Shown here: positions 39,408-49,742 of the stretch, piece by piece
How the letters are laid out: each line of letters begins with the position of its first letter
How positions within the stretch are numbered: the stretch's first letter is position 1
Assembly: GCA_963783575.1 (NCBI GenBank)
Contig: CAWAOD010000015.1
Span: 64,001 to 128,000, forward strand
Length of the DNA: 64,000 bases
Direction: 5' to 3'
Source: an uncultured Spirochaetota bacterium
GTDB taxonomy: Bacteria > Spirochaetota > Brevinematia > Brevinematales > JAOACQ01
Program-made: the position numbers and the translations under genes
Notes under the pieces: generated by a model
The model's database searches: none
What the model was told of the DNA's origin: nothing
The model's input: the letters and a program-made list of their open reading frames with translations, nothing else

Positions 39408-41466
39408 AACAGATATCATCGTCGAATGAATCTGTGCCTTTATATTCGACAAGAGCCCGGTAGAGCGAAATGATAAAGCGTTTCGGTTTCTGCGGCAAAA
39501 TATTCATCATGATTTCAAGAAGTCCGTTATGCTCAAAATCAGTATCGGGGTTTTTCGGGCTAGCGGCTTCGGTCAGTCCATCGGTATAAAATATCAGCTT
39601 TGTTCCCTTTTCAAGGCTGGCTTCTTCATTTTGATAGGGTTTATTGCACCGCTGAAGTTCATTGTTATCAAGGACTCCTAGCGGAAGGCCGCGTTTATCG
39701 CATTTCAAAGCGGTAAGATATTCCTGGGTTATAATATAGGGTGAATTATGCCCGGCAATACAGTAGGCAATCGTATCCGTTTCAGGATCAAAAATCCCAT
39801 AAAAAGCAGTAATAAAATTACCGGCTGTATTATCTATTAGGACTGAATTCAGGTAGTTCATAAACACCGCAGGATCATCCTTGCTATTGTCGGGCTGAAG
39901 AATTGCGCTTTTTATCATTGAAGTAATGAATGCGGCAGGTACTCCATGCCCCGAAACATCGCTTAAAAATATCCCGATTTTTCTTGAGTTCCTGAATTTG
40001 ATAAAATCATAAAAATCACCCCCTACTTTCTGCATCGGCTTATAAAAACCGGCAATGTTCGGAGTCGGAAATGAAGTTGGTATCATCTGCAGTTGTATCC
40101 GGCGTGCAATATCAAGCTCTTCCATCATAATCCTGTTCTGTTGTTCAAGTTTTGCTTTTTCATGCCGTAATTCTATAGTTCTGTTCTCTACTATTTTTTC
40201 GAGATCACGGGTCATTATCTCAATTTCTTCAAAGGCTTTTGCGGAACGTATGGATATTACAATCGATTCGCTGAAAATAAAAAATATAAGGAATATCTGC
40301 GAAAGAAAACCTGTATTTATAAGTTTTAAGCCGTATAAAATATCATTGGCCGCCCCAAAAACAAAGAAAATACCTCCTCCCAAAATAAGAAGGACAAACC
40401 TTCTTTTATGGATAAATGCTAATGTTATTCCGATTAGAGAAATGATTATCCCCGAAACAGTTACAATATGGTAAATATTCAATGAATATACATAAATGGA
40501 TTGCGGGAAAATCAGAACGATAAGTGAAAAAATTACGGCAATTGTTAAATAAATCCGCGCCATTAGTTCCGGATATTCCTCCGGGTAGAATGTATGTAAA
40601 AAAAATAAAAAAACAGGCACAAAAAAATAATAGTTAACAAACCACAATTTCAGATAGGCATCCATATTAAATCCGGGAAAAATGAAAAACCAGAATTTTG
40701 ATCCTTCAAAAGCAGTTTTCAGAGCGAACAAAAAGCAGAAAATCGCGAAAAATATATGGAAACGGTCCTTCCTTCTAAGAAGAAAATAAGCAAGATGATA
40801 AAACCCTGTTATGAAAAAAACTCCGAATAAGAGCAGATCGATTGCGAGATCGGATTCTTTCATTGAATTAATTGCCTTTTGTGTTCCGAATGTTATTTTT
40901 CGGCATATACCGCCCGTCCAGTCCTCAAAGTTGCATGCGGGAATAAAAATGTCAATAATACCCCGCGAGGTCTGGAAATAAACAGTCCTGGGCAGATAAT
41001 CCTTGCGGTACGATTGGGGATCTGATGAAATTTTGCCGCCCTCAGCAAAAAGACTGCCGTTTATCCAGAGTTCATATGCGGAATTTATTTCTTCCAGTTT
41101 AAGGCCGAAGAACATGTTTGTTTCAGGAATTAATATTTTAAGCTGATATGTTCCATACCCCGCAGGACTTAGTTTTTCATTTCCAATAATCTGGCCGTTC
41201 CATGCTTTCGGGACCCGAATATAACCTGTAGGTTCAGGGAAATTGGTACCTTGGCCGGTTGGCCGTAAGAATATATTCCGGTAATAACCCCATTTACCCT
41301 GCAATTCAATAGACGGATTTCTATCAAAATCCCAGTTTCTGAGATCAATAACACCTCTAAAAGCTTCCGGGTTACGGATATTTTTATTATACGAAGAACA
41401 ACCGGTAAATGAAAGAAAAATCGCATAGCAAATAATTAATAATTTTCCATTTATAATATTCCTCAA
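39388..41466 (-). CDS. 7TM-DISM sensor with SpoIIE/PP2C phosphatase output
   Basis: Extracellular beta domain (GVIDLRNW, L.GKW, GYGTY.L), 7 TM helices, VGGDFYD, SDVSGHGVPAA, AGH, YTDGLTE, DDI. Confidence 0.92.
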   Translation of the reverse strand: MRNIINGKLLIICYAIFLSFTGCSSYNKNIRNPEAFRGVIDLRNWDFDRNPSIELQGKWGYYRNIFLRPTGQGTNFPEPTGYIRVPKAWNGQIIGNEKLSPAGYGTYQLKILIPETNMFFGLKLEEINSAYELWINGSLFAEGGKISSDPQSYRKDYLPRTVYFQTSRGIIDIFIPACNFEDWTGGICRKITFGTQKAINSMKESDLAIDLLLFGVFFITGFYHLAYFLLRRKDRFHIFFAIFCFLFALKTAFEGSKFWFFIFPGFNMDAYLKLWFVNYYFFVPVFLFFLHTFYPEEYPELMARIYLTIAVIFSLIVLIFPQSIYVYSLNIYHIVTVSGIIISLIGITLAFIHKRRFVLLILGGGIFFVFGAANDILYGLKLINTGFLSQIFLIFFIFSESIVISIRSAKAFEEIEIMTRDLEKIVENRTIELRHEKAKLEQQNRIMMEELDIARRIQLQMIPTSFPTPNIAGFYKPMQKVGGDFYDFIKFRNSRKIGIFLSDVSGHGVPAAFITSMIKSAILQPDNSKDDPAVFMNYLNSVLIDNTAGNFITAFYGIFDPETDTIAYCIAGHNSPYIITQEYLTALKCDKRGLPLGVLDNNELQRCNKPYQNEEASLEKGTKLIFYTDGLTEAASPKNPDTDFEHNGLLEIMMNILPQKPKRFIISLYRALVEYKGTDSFDDDICFICLEI

Positions 41467-41724
41467 AATCAGCTCCTGATTATAGAAAAATAAATTAAAA
41501 TTTTGAAATTATCAATTGATTAATACTGCTTTTAAAAGAAAGATTATACATTCAATATGTTATATTCCTTCTTTATTATAAAATAATTGCTGAGTATGTC
41601 AATTAAAATTTCTTTATTGTCAGATATTAATATTATTATTTTTCAATATTAACCAATAAAAAATGAACTAAATAAACATTATATGAAGAGAAAAATTGAA
41701 ACGCAATTGAATGATCGGCTTATT

Positions 41725-42186
41725 TTATTGAATATAAATCTTATTCATTATAACCGGAGTAAGGGGCTTGTCCCTGCCATCCTTTTTAACTTTACCGATC
41801 GACTGGATAATATCATAACCTTCCGTTACTTTGCCGAAGATCGAATGATGGTTGTCAAGCCAGGGAGTCGGGGCAAGTGTGATAAAAAACTGCGAACCTC
41901 CGGTATCAGGCCCGGCATTAGCCATTGAGAGGATACCGGGTTTGTCATGCTTTAATTTGGGATTGAGTTCATCCTTAATATTATAACCAGGCCCGCCAGT
42001 TCCGTTTCCTTTTGGGTCTCCTCCCTGGATCATAAAACCATCTATCACACGGTGGAAAATCAATCCGTTGTAAAAACCTTTATTTACAAGGTCAATAAAA
42101 TTTCCGGCAGTTATGGGCGCAATATCTTCAAAAAGCTCGATCTTAAAAGTTCCCATTGTAGTTTCAAAAACAGCTGTTCGGTTCAT
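41725..42186 (-). CDS. ppiA: Cyclophilin-type peptidyl-prolyl cis-trans isomerase
   Basis: FYNGLIFHRVIDGFMIQGGDP, LSMANAGPDTGGSQFFIT, WLDNHHSIFG. Confidence 0.95.
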   Translation of the reverse strand: MNRTAVFETTMGTFKIELFEDIAPITAGNFIDLVNKGFYNGLIFHRVIDGFMIQGGDPKGNGTGGPGYNIKDELNPKLKHDKPGILSMANAGPDTGGSQFFITLAPTPWLDNHHSIFGKVTEGYDIIQSIGKVKKDGRDKPLTPVIMNKIYIQ

Positions 42187-42269
42187 AGGCGTGATCTCCT
42201 TTTTTTATCTTTATCGCCCATAATTATCTATTTGAATTTAATTTAAGTCAATATTGGCCGGTGATAATT

Positions 42270-43106
42270 TTATTTGTGATTTGTTATCATTTCAAGATAA
42301 GCTACCTCGCCCATAAAGTTCTTGATTTTTACAACAATCCCGGAGTTTTCATCAATCCAGATGTATGTATCTTTAGTTATGTTTTCCAGGAGCCTTCCTA
42401 TAAAAGGGTCCGCTACACTCATTCCGCATTTGACGGTATTGAACTTTCCGGCTTTTGTTTCTATAACTTCTTTTGATAAAAATTTTGCATATGCAGGGAT
42501 CGGTTCTTTAAGCATTTGTGGTTCAATTGCCAAAAAAACACCCTTTGAATGAATATCAAGAAAACGGATTCCGACGAATATAATTGCATTCATTGTCCAG
42601 AATGGGATATTCTCAAGTTTTGGATTAATTCTTATTCTGCTTTTCCTGGTTTTTTCCGAATACCCGTCCCAGATTTTCGCAGTATATTCCATTTCCATGG
42701 ATTTTGGAATATACTTGAATTCCTGATGAAACGGCCAGTTACGGAATTTATCTTTTTGACCGGAAAAATCCCTTACTTCTTCAACAAGAGAAGCCTTATC
42801 AATGGAAACCAGGTAATATCCGTCATATTTTTTGTAGTCTTCGGGAAGCTGGCGGGTATGATTGCTGTCCTGAATGAATTCATAAACACGTACGGCATCA
42901 CCCCAGACCGGATTATTTTCAAGTTTGGCGACGCTATAAAGATCGTAGCTTTTTTCCCCATTTATATAGCCGGTATATTGAAGCATTTCACCGTCCTTTA
43001 AGGTCAGCCTGCAGGTTTTAATCGGAACCATTGCCGGCTTATTTCCCATTCCAAAAGCGTTTAAGAATATCAAAATCAAAAATATTGTAATTATTGTTCC
43101 TTTCAT
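42270..43106 (-). CDS. Exported hypothetical protein (DUF3108-like), paralog of 14954..15826
   Basis: Signal peptide; GE.L.Y, KEP.P, KEVIETKAGKF, ADPFI motifs shared with the paralog. Confidence 0.7.
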   Translation of the reverse strand: MKGTIITIFLILIFLNAFGMGNKPAMVPIKTCRLTLKDGEMLQYTGYINGEKSYDLYSVAKLENNPVWGDAVRVYEFIQDSNHTRQLPEDYKKYDGYYLVSIDKASLVEEVRDFSGQKDKFRNWPFHQEFKYIPKSMEMEYTAKIWDGYSEKTRKSRIRINPKLENIPFWTMNAIIFVGIRFLDIHSKGVFLAIEPQMLKEPIPAYAKFLSKEVIETKAGKFNTVKCGMSVADPFIGRLLENITKDTYIWIDENSGIVVKIKNFMGEVAYLEMITNHK

Positions 43107-43117
43107 TTTAGCCTCTA

Positions 43118-43837
43118 TTAAATTTTAGTTTTTATTTTTACTTTCGAATCGGGATGAATTTCCAGTGATTCTGAATATTCCACCTGATCAATAATGCATT
43201 TTTCACCGATTTTTACAATACTTCCCCGGACTGTTTTGACATCTGAATATTCAATATTAATCATATTCCCCTCAATTAATTCTGATTCCAGCCTTTCTTT
43301 CTTACCGAAAATTCCAAGGATAAAGCTGAAGTCAAAAAGACCGGAATGCTTAATGGAAATATCTTCCCCACCGATTTCCCTGGCATAGCAGTATCCCCCG
43401 AAAATCGCTTCAACTTTATTTGAATTTAAAAGCCCTTTAATTTTAAAGGCCCCCTTGGAAAGGAATTCCTCCGATTCAACACCTTCTCCGGAATATACAT
43501 AACCTCTTGATTGAATTTTATGGGCCTTAATTCCGCCTTCGGCTGAGAATCTGCCTCCTGAATGGATATTTTCAGCCTTTAATTGACCATCTACGCTTAC
43601 AAGCCCGGAATTATTTAATGATTCGCAGTCAAGATTTCCTTTGATCGATGAGGTTCCTTTGGACTTAAAGGTTTTAACCGAAACATTTCCTTTAAAATCG
43701 GCAACACCGCTGACATTAATATTTTCCGCATCAAGATCGCCCGCAACTTCACCCAAACCTGATATATCGACATTGCGGTATTTTCCCCCATTTACTTTTG
43801 CCATCCCTGAAATGCTTACATCATTATATCCTTCCAT
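43118..43837 (-). CDS. Bactofilin-like polymer-forming protein (YhbE/YhbF-like)
   Basis: Repeating I/V-x-G beta-helix pattern; GLLNS.KVE, REIGGEDI, IEG..I..EY, VRG..V.IG..C.ID.VEY; follows yhbD. Confidence 0.85.
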   Translation of the reverse strand: MEGYNDVSISGMAKVNGGKYRNVDISGLGEVAGDLDAENINVSGVADFKGNVSVKTFKSKGTSSIKGNLDCESLNNSGLVSVDGQLKAENIHSGGRFSAEGGIKAHKIQSRGYVYSGEGVESEEFLSKGAFKIKGLLNSNKVEAIFGGYCYAREIGGEDISIKHSGLFDFSFILGIFGKKERLESELIEGNMINIEYSDVKTVRGSIVKIGEKCIIDQVEYSESLEIHPDSKVKIKTKI

Positions 43838-43858
43838 ATTTATACTCCTATCTAAAAT

Positions 43859-44485
43859 TTATTTTATATTGTTTAGAATTATTCCCAGTTCTTTCGCCGT
43901 TTCTTCCAGATCAATCGCCAGTATTTCCCTTGTATTCCAGTCAAACAATAATTTTGAGTCCTGACCCGCGAGCAGGAATAATTTTTTCGGCTCCTTAATC
44001 AGAATGATAAATCTATAAGATGAGTCCTTTAAGGCTTTTGCCCATTTTTCCACGCTTTTTGCGGCATCTATGATGTCTTCTTCAGTCAAAAGCCTTTTAT
44101 ATTTACTCAGAACATAAATAAATAGAAGTTCAAAAAAGAGATAATACTGTTTATGATAAATATTTTTGAAAATTTCTATTATCTCAGGACTAAAATCTTT
44201 TATGTTTTTCAAAGCATCTCCGTCGAATACGCTTTTTGTCAGCCCAGGCGAGATCATATTTGCCAGCTCTTCGAGCGAATATTGATCCTTCAATTTCAGG
44301 ATTTCATTCACCCTGTTCAGAATTTTATCTTTTGGAAAAAAAGTTTCCTGCCCGGTATATGATGATTTTTTAATAAACCAGGATTCGGGTATAAGATTCT
44401 CCCTTTTCCAGCGGTAAAGCTGGCCATAGGATATTTTAGTCAATTGAAGCAATTCTTTTTTTGATATAAGTTCATTATCATCCAT
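43859..44485 (-). CDS. yhbD: YhbD/DUF4004 family MerR-like HTH protein
   Basis: LISKKELL..T.ISYGQLYRWKR..LIPE.WFIKKS.YTGQETFFP signature. Confidence 0.9.
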   Translation of the reverse strand: MDDNELISKKELLQLTKISYGQLYRWKRENLIPESWFIKKSSYTGQETFFPKDKILNRVNEILKLKDQYSLEELANMISPGLTKSVFDGDALKNIKDFSPEIIEIFKNIYHKQYYLFFELLFIYVLSKYKRLLTEEDIIDAAKSVEKWAKALKDSSYRFIILIKEPKKLFLLAGQDSKLLFDWNTREILAIDLEETAKELGIILNNIK

Positions 44486-44508
44486 TGAATTCCTGCTTAA
44501 ATTTTATT

Positions 44509-44557
44509 CGTAACAATGTTACGCTATTAATATAACATAACATTGTTACATTGTCAA
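44509..44557 (-). promoter_or_regulatory. sigma70 promoter with two palindromic TAACAnTGTTA operators upstream of yhbD
   Basis: Minus strand TTGACA-17 nt-TATATT (TG-extended); palindromes CGTAACA-A-TGTTACG (44509-44523) and TAACA-T-TGTTA (44538-44548, inside spacer). Confidence 0.7.
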
Positions 44558-44624
44558 GGAAAATTTTAAATTTTTTCGAATAGATGTAACTTTTTAATAT
44601 GGAAGTATTAAGAATGATTCTGTT

Positions 44625-45542
44625 TTAATATCTATAGCCAAACTCAAGAGATCCGCTTAGCTGGAATGTTTCCAGTTTATAACCGATTGTTCCAAGCGGA
44701 CCGGAAGAACCTTCGTTATTATCTGCATAGCGAACCTGCGTCTGTGTGCCTGAAGCCGCGGTATATAAAAAATTGGCTTTTAGTTTAATAAAAAAATTCC
44801 GGACAAAATAATAAGAGGCTGCAGCGCGTGTTATAACCGATGTGCCGTAGCTATCGGCAGTTATTAATTTTGACCTCAGGATATGATTGTCACGGTCGCT
44901 GCAGATCGTATATGGAGAAAAGCCCAGCAGGAAATTTGCTGTAAATTTATCAGAAGCATATCCGCCGGAAAAAGCGAAATATGGTATATACTGCAACAAT
45001 TCATAAGTGGAGACTTTACCGGAGATATTAACGGTATTGGAATTATAGAGGTAAGTTTGGGATAAGTTGCTGATATCATAATAATAATATTCATATAATA
45101 ATCCGCAACCGAAGGCCAATGAAAATCTTTTAAAATGAAAAGTGCTGATCGATAATATCCCTTCGATGGAATACTGGTTTAAAGAAGAATCGGATGTTGA
45201 GAAGATTTCAAGAGAATTTGAGCTGGCCCAATCGGAATCCTCCATTTTCCCGGCTGATGACGTTACACTTTTCTTAATATTAAACTGAACTTGAAACAAT
45301 TTTAAAAAATTAATGTTAATATCCGTACTGAAAAGAAAAGTATTAAGCGGAAATTTAAGCTGGCTTAAATCATAGGGAATATTAATGTACGAACCATCCG
45401 GAAAAGTATCTTTCCCGCCGATTTTATATAATGTATACCCTGTCATTCCCTCCATACCGGTTGAAATAGTAAAATAGTCATCCTTGCCGAATAAAAAAGT
45501 AAAGCTTAAAATTAAAATCAAAAGAACAAAAATAATCCTCAT
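44625..45542 (-). CDS. Omptin family outer membrane protease (OmpT/Pla-like)
   Basis: Signal peptide; SQLKFP, GKMEDSDW (Asp pair), DRDNHILR (Asp/His); terminal beta-strand FGYRY. Confidence 0.85.
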   Translation of the reverse strand: MRIIFVLLILILSFTFLFGKDDYFTISTGMEGMTGYTLYKIGGKDTFPDGSYINIPYDLSQLKFPLNTFLFSTDININFLKLFQVQFNIKKSVTSSAGKMEDSDWASSNSLEIFSTSDSSLNQYSIEGILSISTFHFKRFSLAFGCGLLYEYYYYDISNLSQTYLYNSNTVNISGKVSTYELLQYIPYFAFSGGYASDKFTANFLLGFSPYTICSDRDNHILRSKLITADSYGTSVITRAAASYYFVRNFFIKLKANFLYTAASGTQTQVRYADNNEGSSGPLGTIGYKLETFQLSGSLEFGYRY

Positions 45543-45640
45543 TATCTAATATCATCCTTCAATGATAAACATATTGAATATTTTATAATTATTATGGAGA
45601 TAACACAAATAAAAAGTTCGCAAATCCGGCATCGAATAAT

Positions 45641-45731
45641 ACCTAAACTAAGCGATTTACATTTATTAAAACTATTCCCCTCCTTATCAAGGAGGAGAGT
45701 TATTATTGAATAAGAATCGCTCAGTTTAGGT
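45641..45731. mobile_element. Palindromic MITE/REP-like element, copy 2
   Basis: (T)ACCTAAACTAAGCGATT...AATCGCTCAGTTTAGGT(A) terminal inverted repeats, TA at both ends; central CTCCTT/AAGGAG hairpin. Confidence 0.8.
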
Positions 45732-45847
45732 AACAGATGAGATCGGATTCCATTTCTGTTTTTTATTGCGTAATATCATATCTGCGACTAAAATATACTG
45801 AACAGACAATTTTATTATTCTACTGTATTACAAAGGAAATAATAAGT

Positions 45848-47869
45848 ATGAATGAAAAGGCCGACAAAAATCATATACTTAATTTCCGGATAATTCTAAT
45901 CTACACAATTTTATCATTAGTATTATTATTGATAGGTTTATTTATCAGCGCAAAAAATTACTTATTATTTCATTCAATAGTTGAATTTTTCAGTATTATC
46001 ATTTCTTTCAGTATTCTTGTCATTTCGATGAATACCTTTTCATTCTCTAAAAATAATTATTTTGCTTTCCTTGGTTTAGCTTTCGGTTTTGTGGGCTGTT
46101 TCGACCTTCTTCATACTCTTGCATACAAAGGGATGGAAGTTTTTCCGGGGGGTGGTCCGAACCTGCCGACACAATTATGGATTATAGCACGCGCGATACA
46201 AAGCCTTTCCATATTATTCTCCTTTTATTACCTGACTCATAAAATCAGGATTAATCTTGTCTTATTTACATATATTGCGCTGTCGGCAATAGTACTTTAT
46301 ATTTTATTCAACCTTAAAATGTTTCCAATCTGTTATATCGATGGATTGGGGTTGACTTTATTCAAAAAAATAAGCGAATATATAATTTCCGGCATAATGT
46401 TGATAAATATAGTGTTTCTCTTTATTAACCGGAAGTTCTTTCAAAAACAGACGTATCTTATCCTTATAGCTTCATTTCTTGTTATGATATTTTCCGAGAG
46501 TTTTTTTACCCTTTATCTGAACGTTAATGATTATATGAACTTTTTCGGCCATTATTTTAAAGTCTTGTCTTTTTTCCTGCTTTACAAGGCAATGATTGAG
46601 ATAAACCTGAATAATCCTTATGAGACATTGTTTTATCAGCTTGATCAAAGCAATACTACGCTTATACAGAAAAACCTGGAACTCATAAACTTAAATAAAA
46701 AGCTTGAGCATATCATCCACCGGGAGAAAAAAATCGTAAAAGAATTAGCCGGGGAAAAAGACAGGGCCCAGACATATTTCGATATAGCCGGGGTAATACT
46801 GGTAGTACTGGATGTTAACGGCTATATAAAGCAAATTAATAAAGAAGGCTGCCTTCTTCTGGGTTATGAAAAAGAAGATATAATTAATAAAGACTGGTTT
46901 GCAAGCTTCATACCTCCGGATATTCAACAAGAAAATAAGCTTTTATTTTTAAATATGATTAACGGTACAGGGAATTTTTCAGGGCAATTTGAAAACAGGA
47001 TTGTCGGGAAAAGCTGTGAGGAAAGGATTATTGCCTGGCATAATGTGATCCTTTCCGATGAGCCAGGAAAGATAACCGGGATTCTGAATTCCGGACTGGA
47101 TATTACCGAACGGAGGTTGTCGGAATACAAACTGAAAGCTTATAATAATAAAATCAATTTTGAAATGAAGTTTGCTTCAACCCTGCAAAAATCATTTGAA
47201 ATTCCGGAGAAGATTGAGAAAAAAAACTTCTCAATTTATTCGAAATATATACACTGCGAAGAAATGGCCGGAGACTTTCTTGATGCCATTCATTTAGACA
47301 ATCATGTTTATATATTTTCGGCAGATGTTTCCGGTCATGGATTAATGGCTTCCTTATTCATCTTTATTATGAAAGCGATTATTAAAACCGTCCTGACTGA
47401 GCAGATCCCTGCCGGTCAATTAATGTCGCTGATCGGAAATGATATGAAAAAATACCTCATTGAAGACTACTTTGTAACAATGATTATTTTGGATATAGAT
47501 TTAAATAATGATAAATTATATTACGCTCATGCAGGACATCCTCCCTTCATAATCTACAATGATTATGAAGTAAGATTAATAACTGTTAGAAGTTCTTTCA
47601 TTTCAAACCTTATACCGGAACATTGGGAGAACAATGAAATTGAATTATATAAAGGAGATAAAATTTTATTATTTACCGACGGCGTCTTTGAAATCGAGAA
47701 AGAAGATAATACTCTTCTGGGAGTTCATTATATAATGGAATTTGTTAAAAATAACAGGAATTTAAATCCAGCGGATTTAATCAGGGATTTGATCCGTAAC
47801 ATAAAAAAGTCCGGGAACAGGGAATATTTTGATGATGATATAAGCATATGCATTTTTAAAAGAAATTGA
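45848..47869 (+). CDS. MASE3-PAS-SpoIIE (PP2C) phosphatase
   Basis: NYLLFHSIVEFFS, DLLHTLAYKGM, TQLWIIAR (MASE3); PAS with ERIIAWHN and GLDITER; AGD, DVSGHG, AGHPP, TDG, DDDIS. Confidence 0.92.
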   Translation: MNEKADKNHILNFRIILIYTILSLVLLLIGLFISAKNYLLFHSIVEFFSIIISFSILVISMNTFSFSKNNYFAFLGLAFGFVGCFDLLHTLAYKGMEVFPGGGPNLPTQLWIIARAIQSLSILFSFYYLTHKIRINLVLFTYIALSAIVLYILFNLKMFPICYIDGLGLTLFKKISEYIISGIMLINIVFLFINRKFFQKQTYLILIASFLVMIFSESFFTLYLNVNDYMNFFGHYFKVLSFFLLYKAMIEINLNNPYETLFYQLDQSNTTLIQKNLELINLNKKLEHIIHREKKIVKELAGEKDRAQTYFDIAGVILVVLDVNGYIKQINKEGCLLLGYEKEDIINKDWFASFIPPDIQQENKLLFLNMINGTGNFSGQFENRIVGKSCEERIIAWHNVILSDEPGKITGILNSGLDITERRLSEYKLKAYNNKINFEMKFASTLQKSFEIPEKIEKKNFSIYSKYIHCEEMAGDFLDAIHLDNHVYIFSADVSGHGLMASLFIFIMKAIIKTVLTEQIPAGQLMSLIGNDMKKYLIEDYFVTMIILDIDLNNDKLYYAHAGHPPFIIYNDYEVRLITVRSSFISNLIPEHWENNEIELYKGDKILLFTDGVFEIEKEDNTLLGVHYIMEFVKNNRNLNPADLIRDLIRNIKKSGNREYFDDDISICIFKRN

Positions 47870-47905
47870 GAAAATAAACAATGGTCCGCTTATAAAATTA
47901 TTTTG

Positions 47906-49690
47906 CTATTTCCCGGAATTGATTTTTTTAATCAGTTCCATACCTATGCCTTCTCCTTCCATCTCTGCCTTTAATACCTTCTCTGTTTCTTCTTCCGGCA
48001 TTGGCTTGCTTAAGATATATCCCTGAATACAGTCGCAATTATTACTTTTAAGAAAATTAAACTGCTTTGTTGTCTCGACTCCTTCCGCCAGAACTTCCAT
48101 ATTCAATCCATGTCCCATCTCAATTATCGAATTTACTATGATGGCGTCCGAAGAGTTTTCATTGGTATGATTGATAAAACTTCTGTCGATTTTCAATATA
48201 TTGCAGGGAATTTCTTTCAGCCGGTTGAGAGAAGAAAAGCCGGTGCCAAAATCATCGATCGAAATCCTGAAACCTATTGACTGCAACTCATTTAACCTTG
48301 AGTTTGTCGAATTCATATCATCCATAAAGATGGATTCGGTTACTTCCAGTTCTAAAAATTCCGGGGAAACATGGTATAAATCTATGATTTGCATTAAATA
48401 CTTGACAAAGTCGGGCTTCTTAAATTGATTAATCGGCAGATTTATGGAAACCGGAAGGATTTTGAATTTAGCCTCCCGCCAATAGTTAAGCTGCCTGCTG
48501 ACTTCGTGAATAACCCAATCCGTAATAAAAGAAATCAAATGATGCTCTTCCGCGAAAGGGATAAAATCCTTCGGTGATATTATGCCTTTATCGCCATGAT
48601 TCCATCGAATAAGCGCTTCAAAACCGATAATTTTCCCGGAATTTATACTCATTTTAGGCTGGTAGTACATCAAAAATTCATTTCCATCCACTGCTTTTCT
48701 TATATTATTGATCATGAAAATTTTATCCAGCACATTTTCATTCATGGATTTCTGGTAGTATTGAAAGTTATTTTTACCATGTTTTTTTGCAAAATACATA
48801 GCATTGTCTGCGTATTTTAAGAGGGTGTCTATATTATCTGAATCTGACGGGTACAGAGCAATGCCTATGCTTACACCGGTAAAAATTTCATGGTTTTCTA
48901 TTATAAAAGGCTCATTCATGCTTTTTATGATTCTATTGGCCACAGTGGAGGCGTCTTCATATGTACTGATTTCGGTGAGAGAGACGGTAAATTCATCTCC
49001 TCCAAGCCGGGCAACGGTATCAATCAGTGTTTTTAAATTATTCCTCGCGATAATATCGATTTTTCTGATGGATGAACAAAGACGCTTTGCGGATTCCTGA
49101 AGAAGCTTGTCTCCTATATGATGCCCCATAGAATCATTTATCAATTTGAAATTATCCAGGTCAAGAAAAAGTACGGCAAGAAGTCTTTTATACCTGATCG
49201 CATGGGCCAGGGCATAACTCAATTGTTCTTTAAAGAATATCCGGTTGGGAAGATTTGTCAGCTGATCATAATATGCCAGATATAATATCTGGTTTTCCGT
49301 TGATTTTTTCTCTATCGCGTATCGGATAGATCTCTCCAAAAGATCACCGTCAATCTTGCCTTTTATCAAGAAATCGCAAGCCCCTTGTTTCATTGCTAAA
49401 AGATCAACCTCATGGTTATTCTCGCCTGTCAGCATAATAACCGGAATATTCCTGTTTTTTCCCATTACATCACTGATCAAATCAAGACCTGTCTTTTTTC
49501 CCAATTTATAATCAATCAGAAATAAATCATAAATGTCCTTTTGTATTTCAATTAATGCCCTTTCATAGCTGGAAACCCACTCTATCGAATATCTCTGATT
49601 TTTTACATCCGATATGATATCTTTGGTAATAGCATAATCTTCTTCATCGTCCTCGACTAAGAGGATCCTGATTATTTCTTTTGGTTCCAT
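47906..49690 (-). CDS. Response regulator diguanylate cyclase/phosphodiesterase (REC-GGDEF-EAL)
   Basis: LLVEDD, LIDY (REC); ARLGGDEF; YYQPK, FEALIRW, DDFGTGFSS, AEGVET, IQGY. Confidence 0.95.
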   Translation of the reverse strand: MEPKEIIRILLVEDDEEDYAITKDIISDVKNQRYSIEWVSSYERALIEIQKDIYDLFLIDYKLGKKTGLDLISDVMGKNRNIPVIMLTGENNHEVDLLAMKQGACDFLIKGKIDGDLLERSIRYAIEKKSTENQILYLAYYDQLTNLPNRIFFKEQLSYALAHAIRYKRLLAVLFLDLDNFKLINDSMGHHIGDKLLQESAKRLCSSIRKIDIIARNNLKTLIDTVARLGGDEFTVSLTEISTYEDASTVANRIIKSMNEPFIIENHEIFTGVSIGIALYPSDSDNIDTLLKYADNAMYFAKKHGKNNFQYYQKSMNENVLDKIFMINNIRKAVDGNEFLMYYQPKMSINSGKIIGFEALIRWNHGDKGIISPKDFIPFAEEHHLISFITDWVIHEVSRQLNYWREAKFKILPVSINLPINQFKKPDFVKYLMQIIDLYHVSPEFLELEVTESIFMDDMNSTNSRLNELQSIGFRISIDDFGTGFSSLNRLKEIPCNILKIDRSFINHTNENSSDAIIVNSIIEMGHGLNMEVLAEGVETTKQFNFLKSNNCDCIQGYILSKPMPEEETEKVLKAEMEGEGIGMELIKKINSGK

Positions 49691-49742
49691 TATGTTTAAC
49701 CCCCTTTAAAAGTTAGCCGGCTTATGCACATCACACATATAA

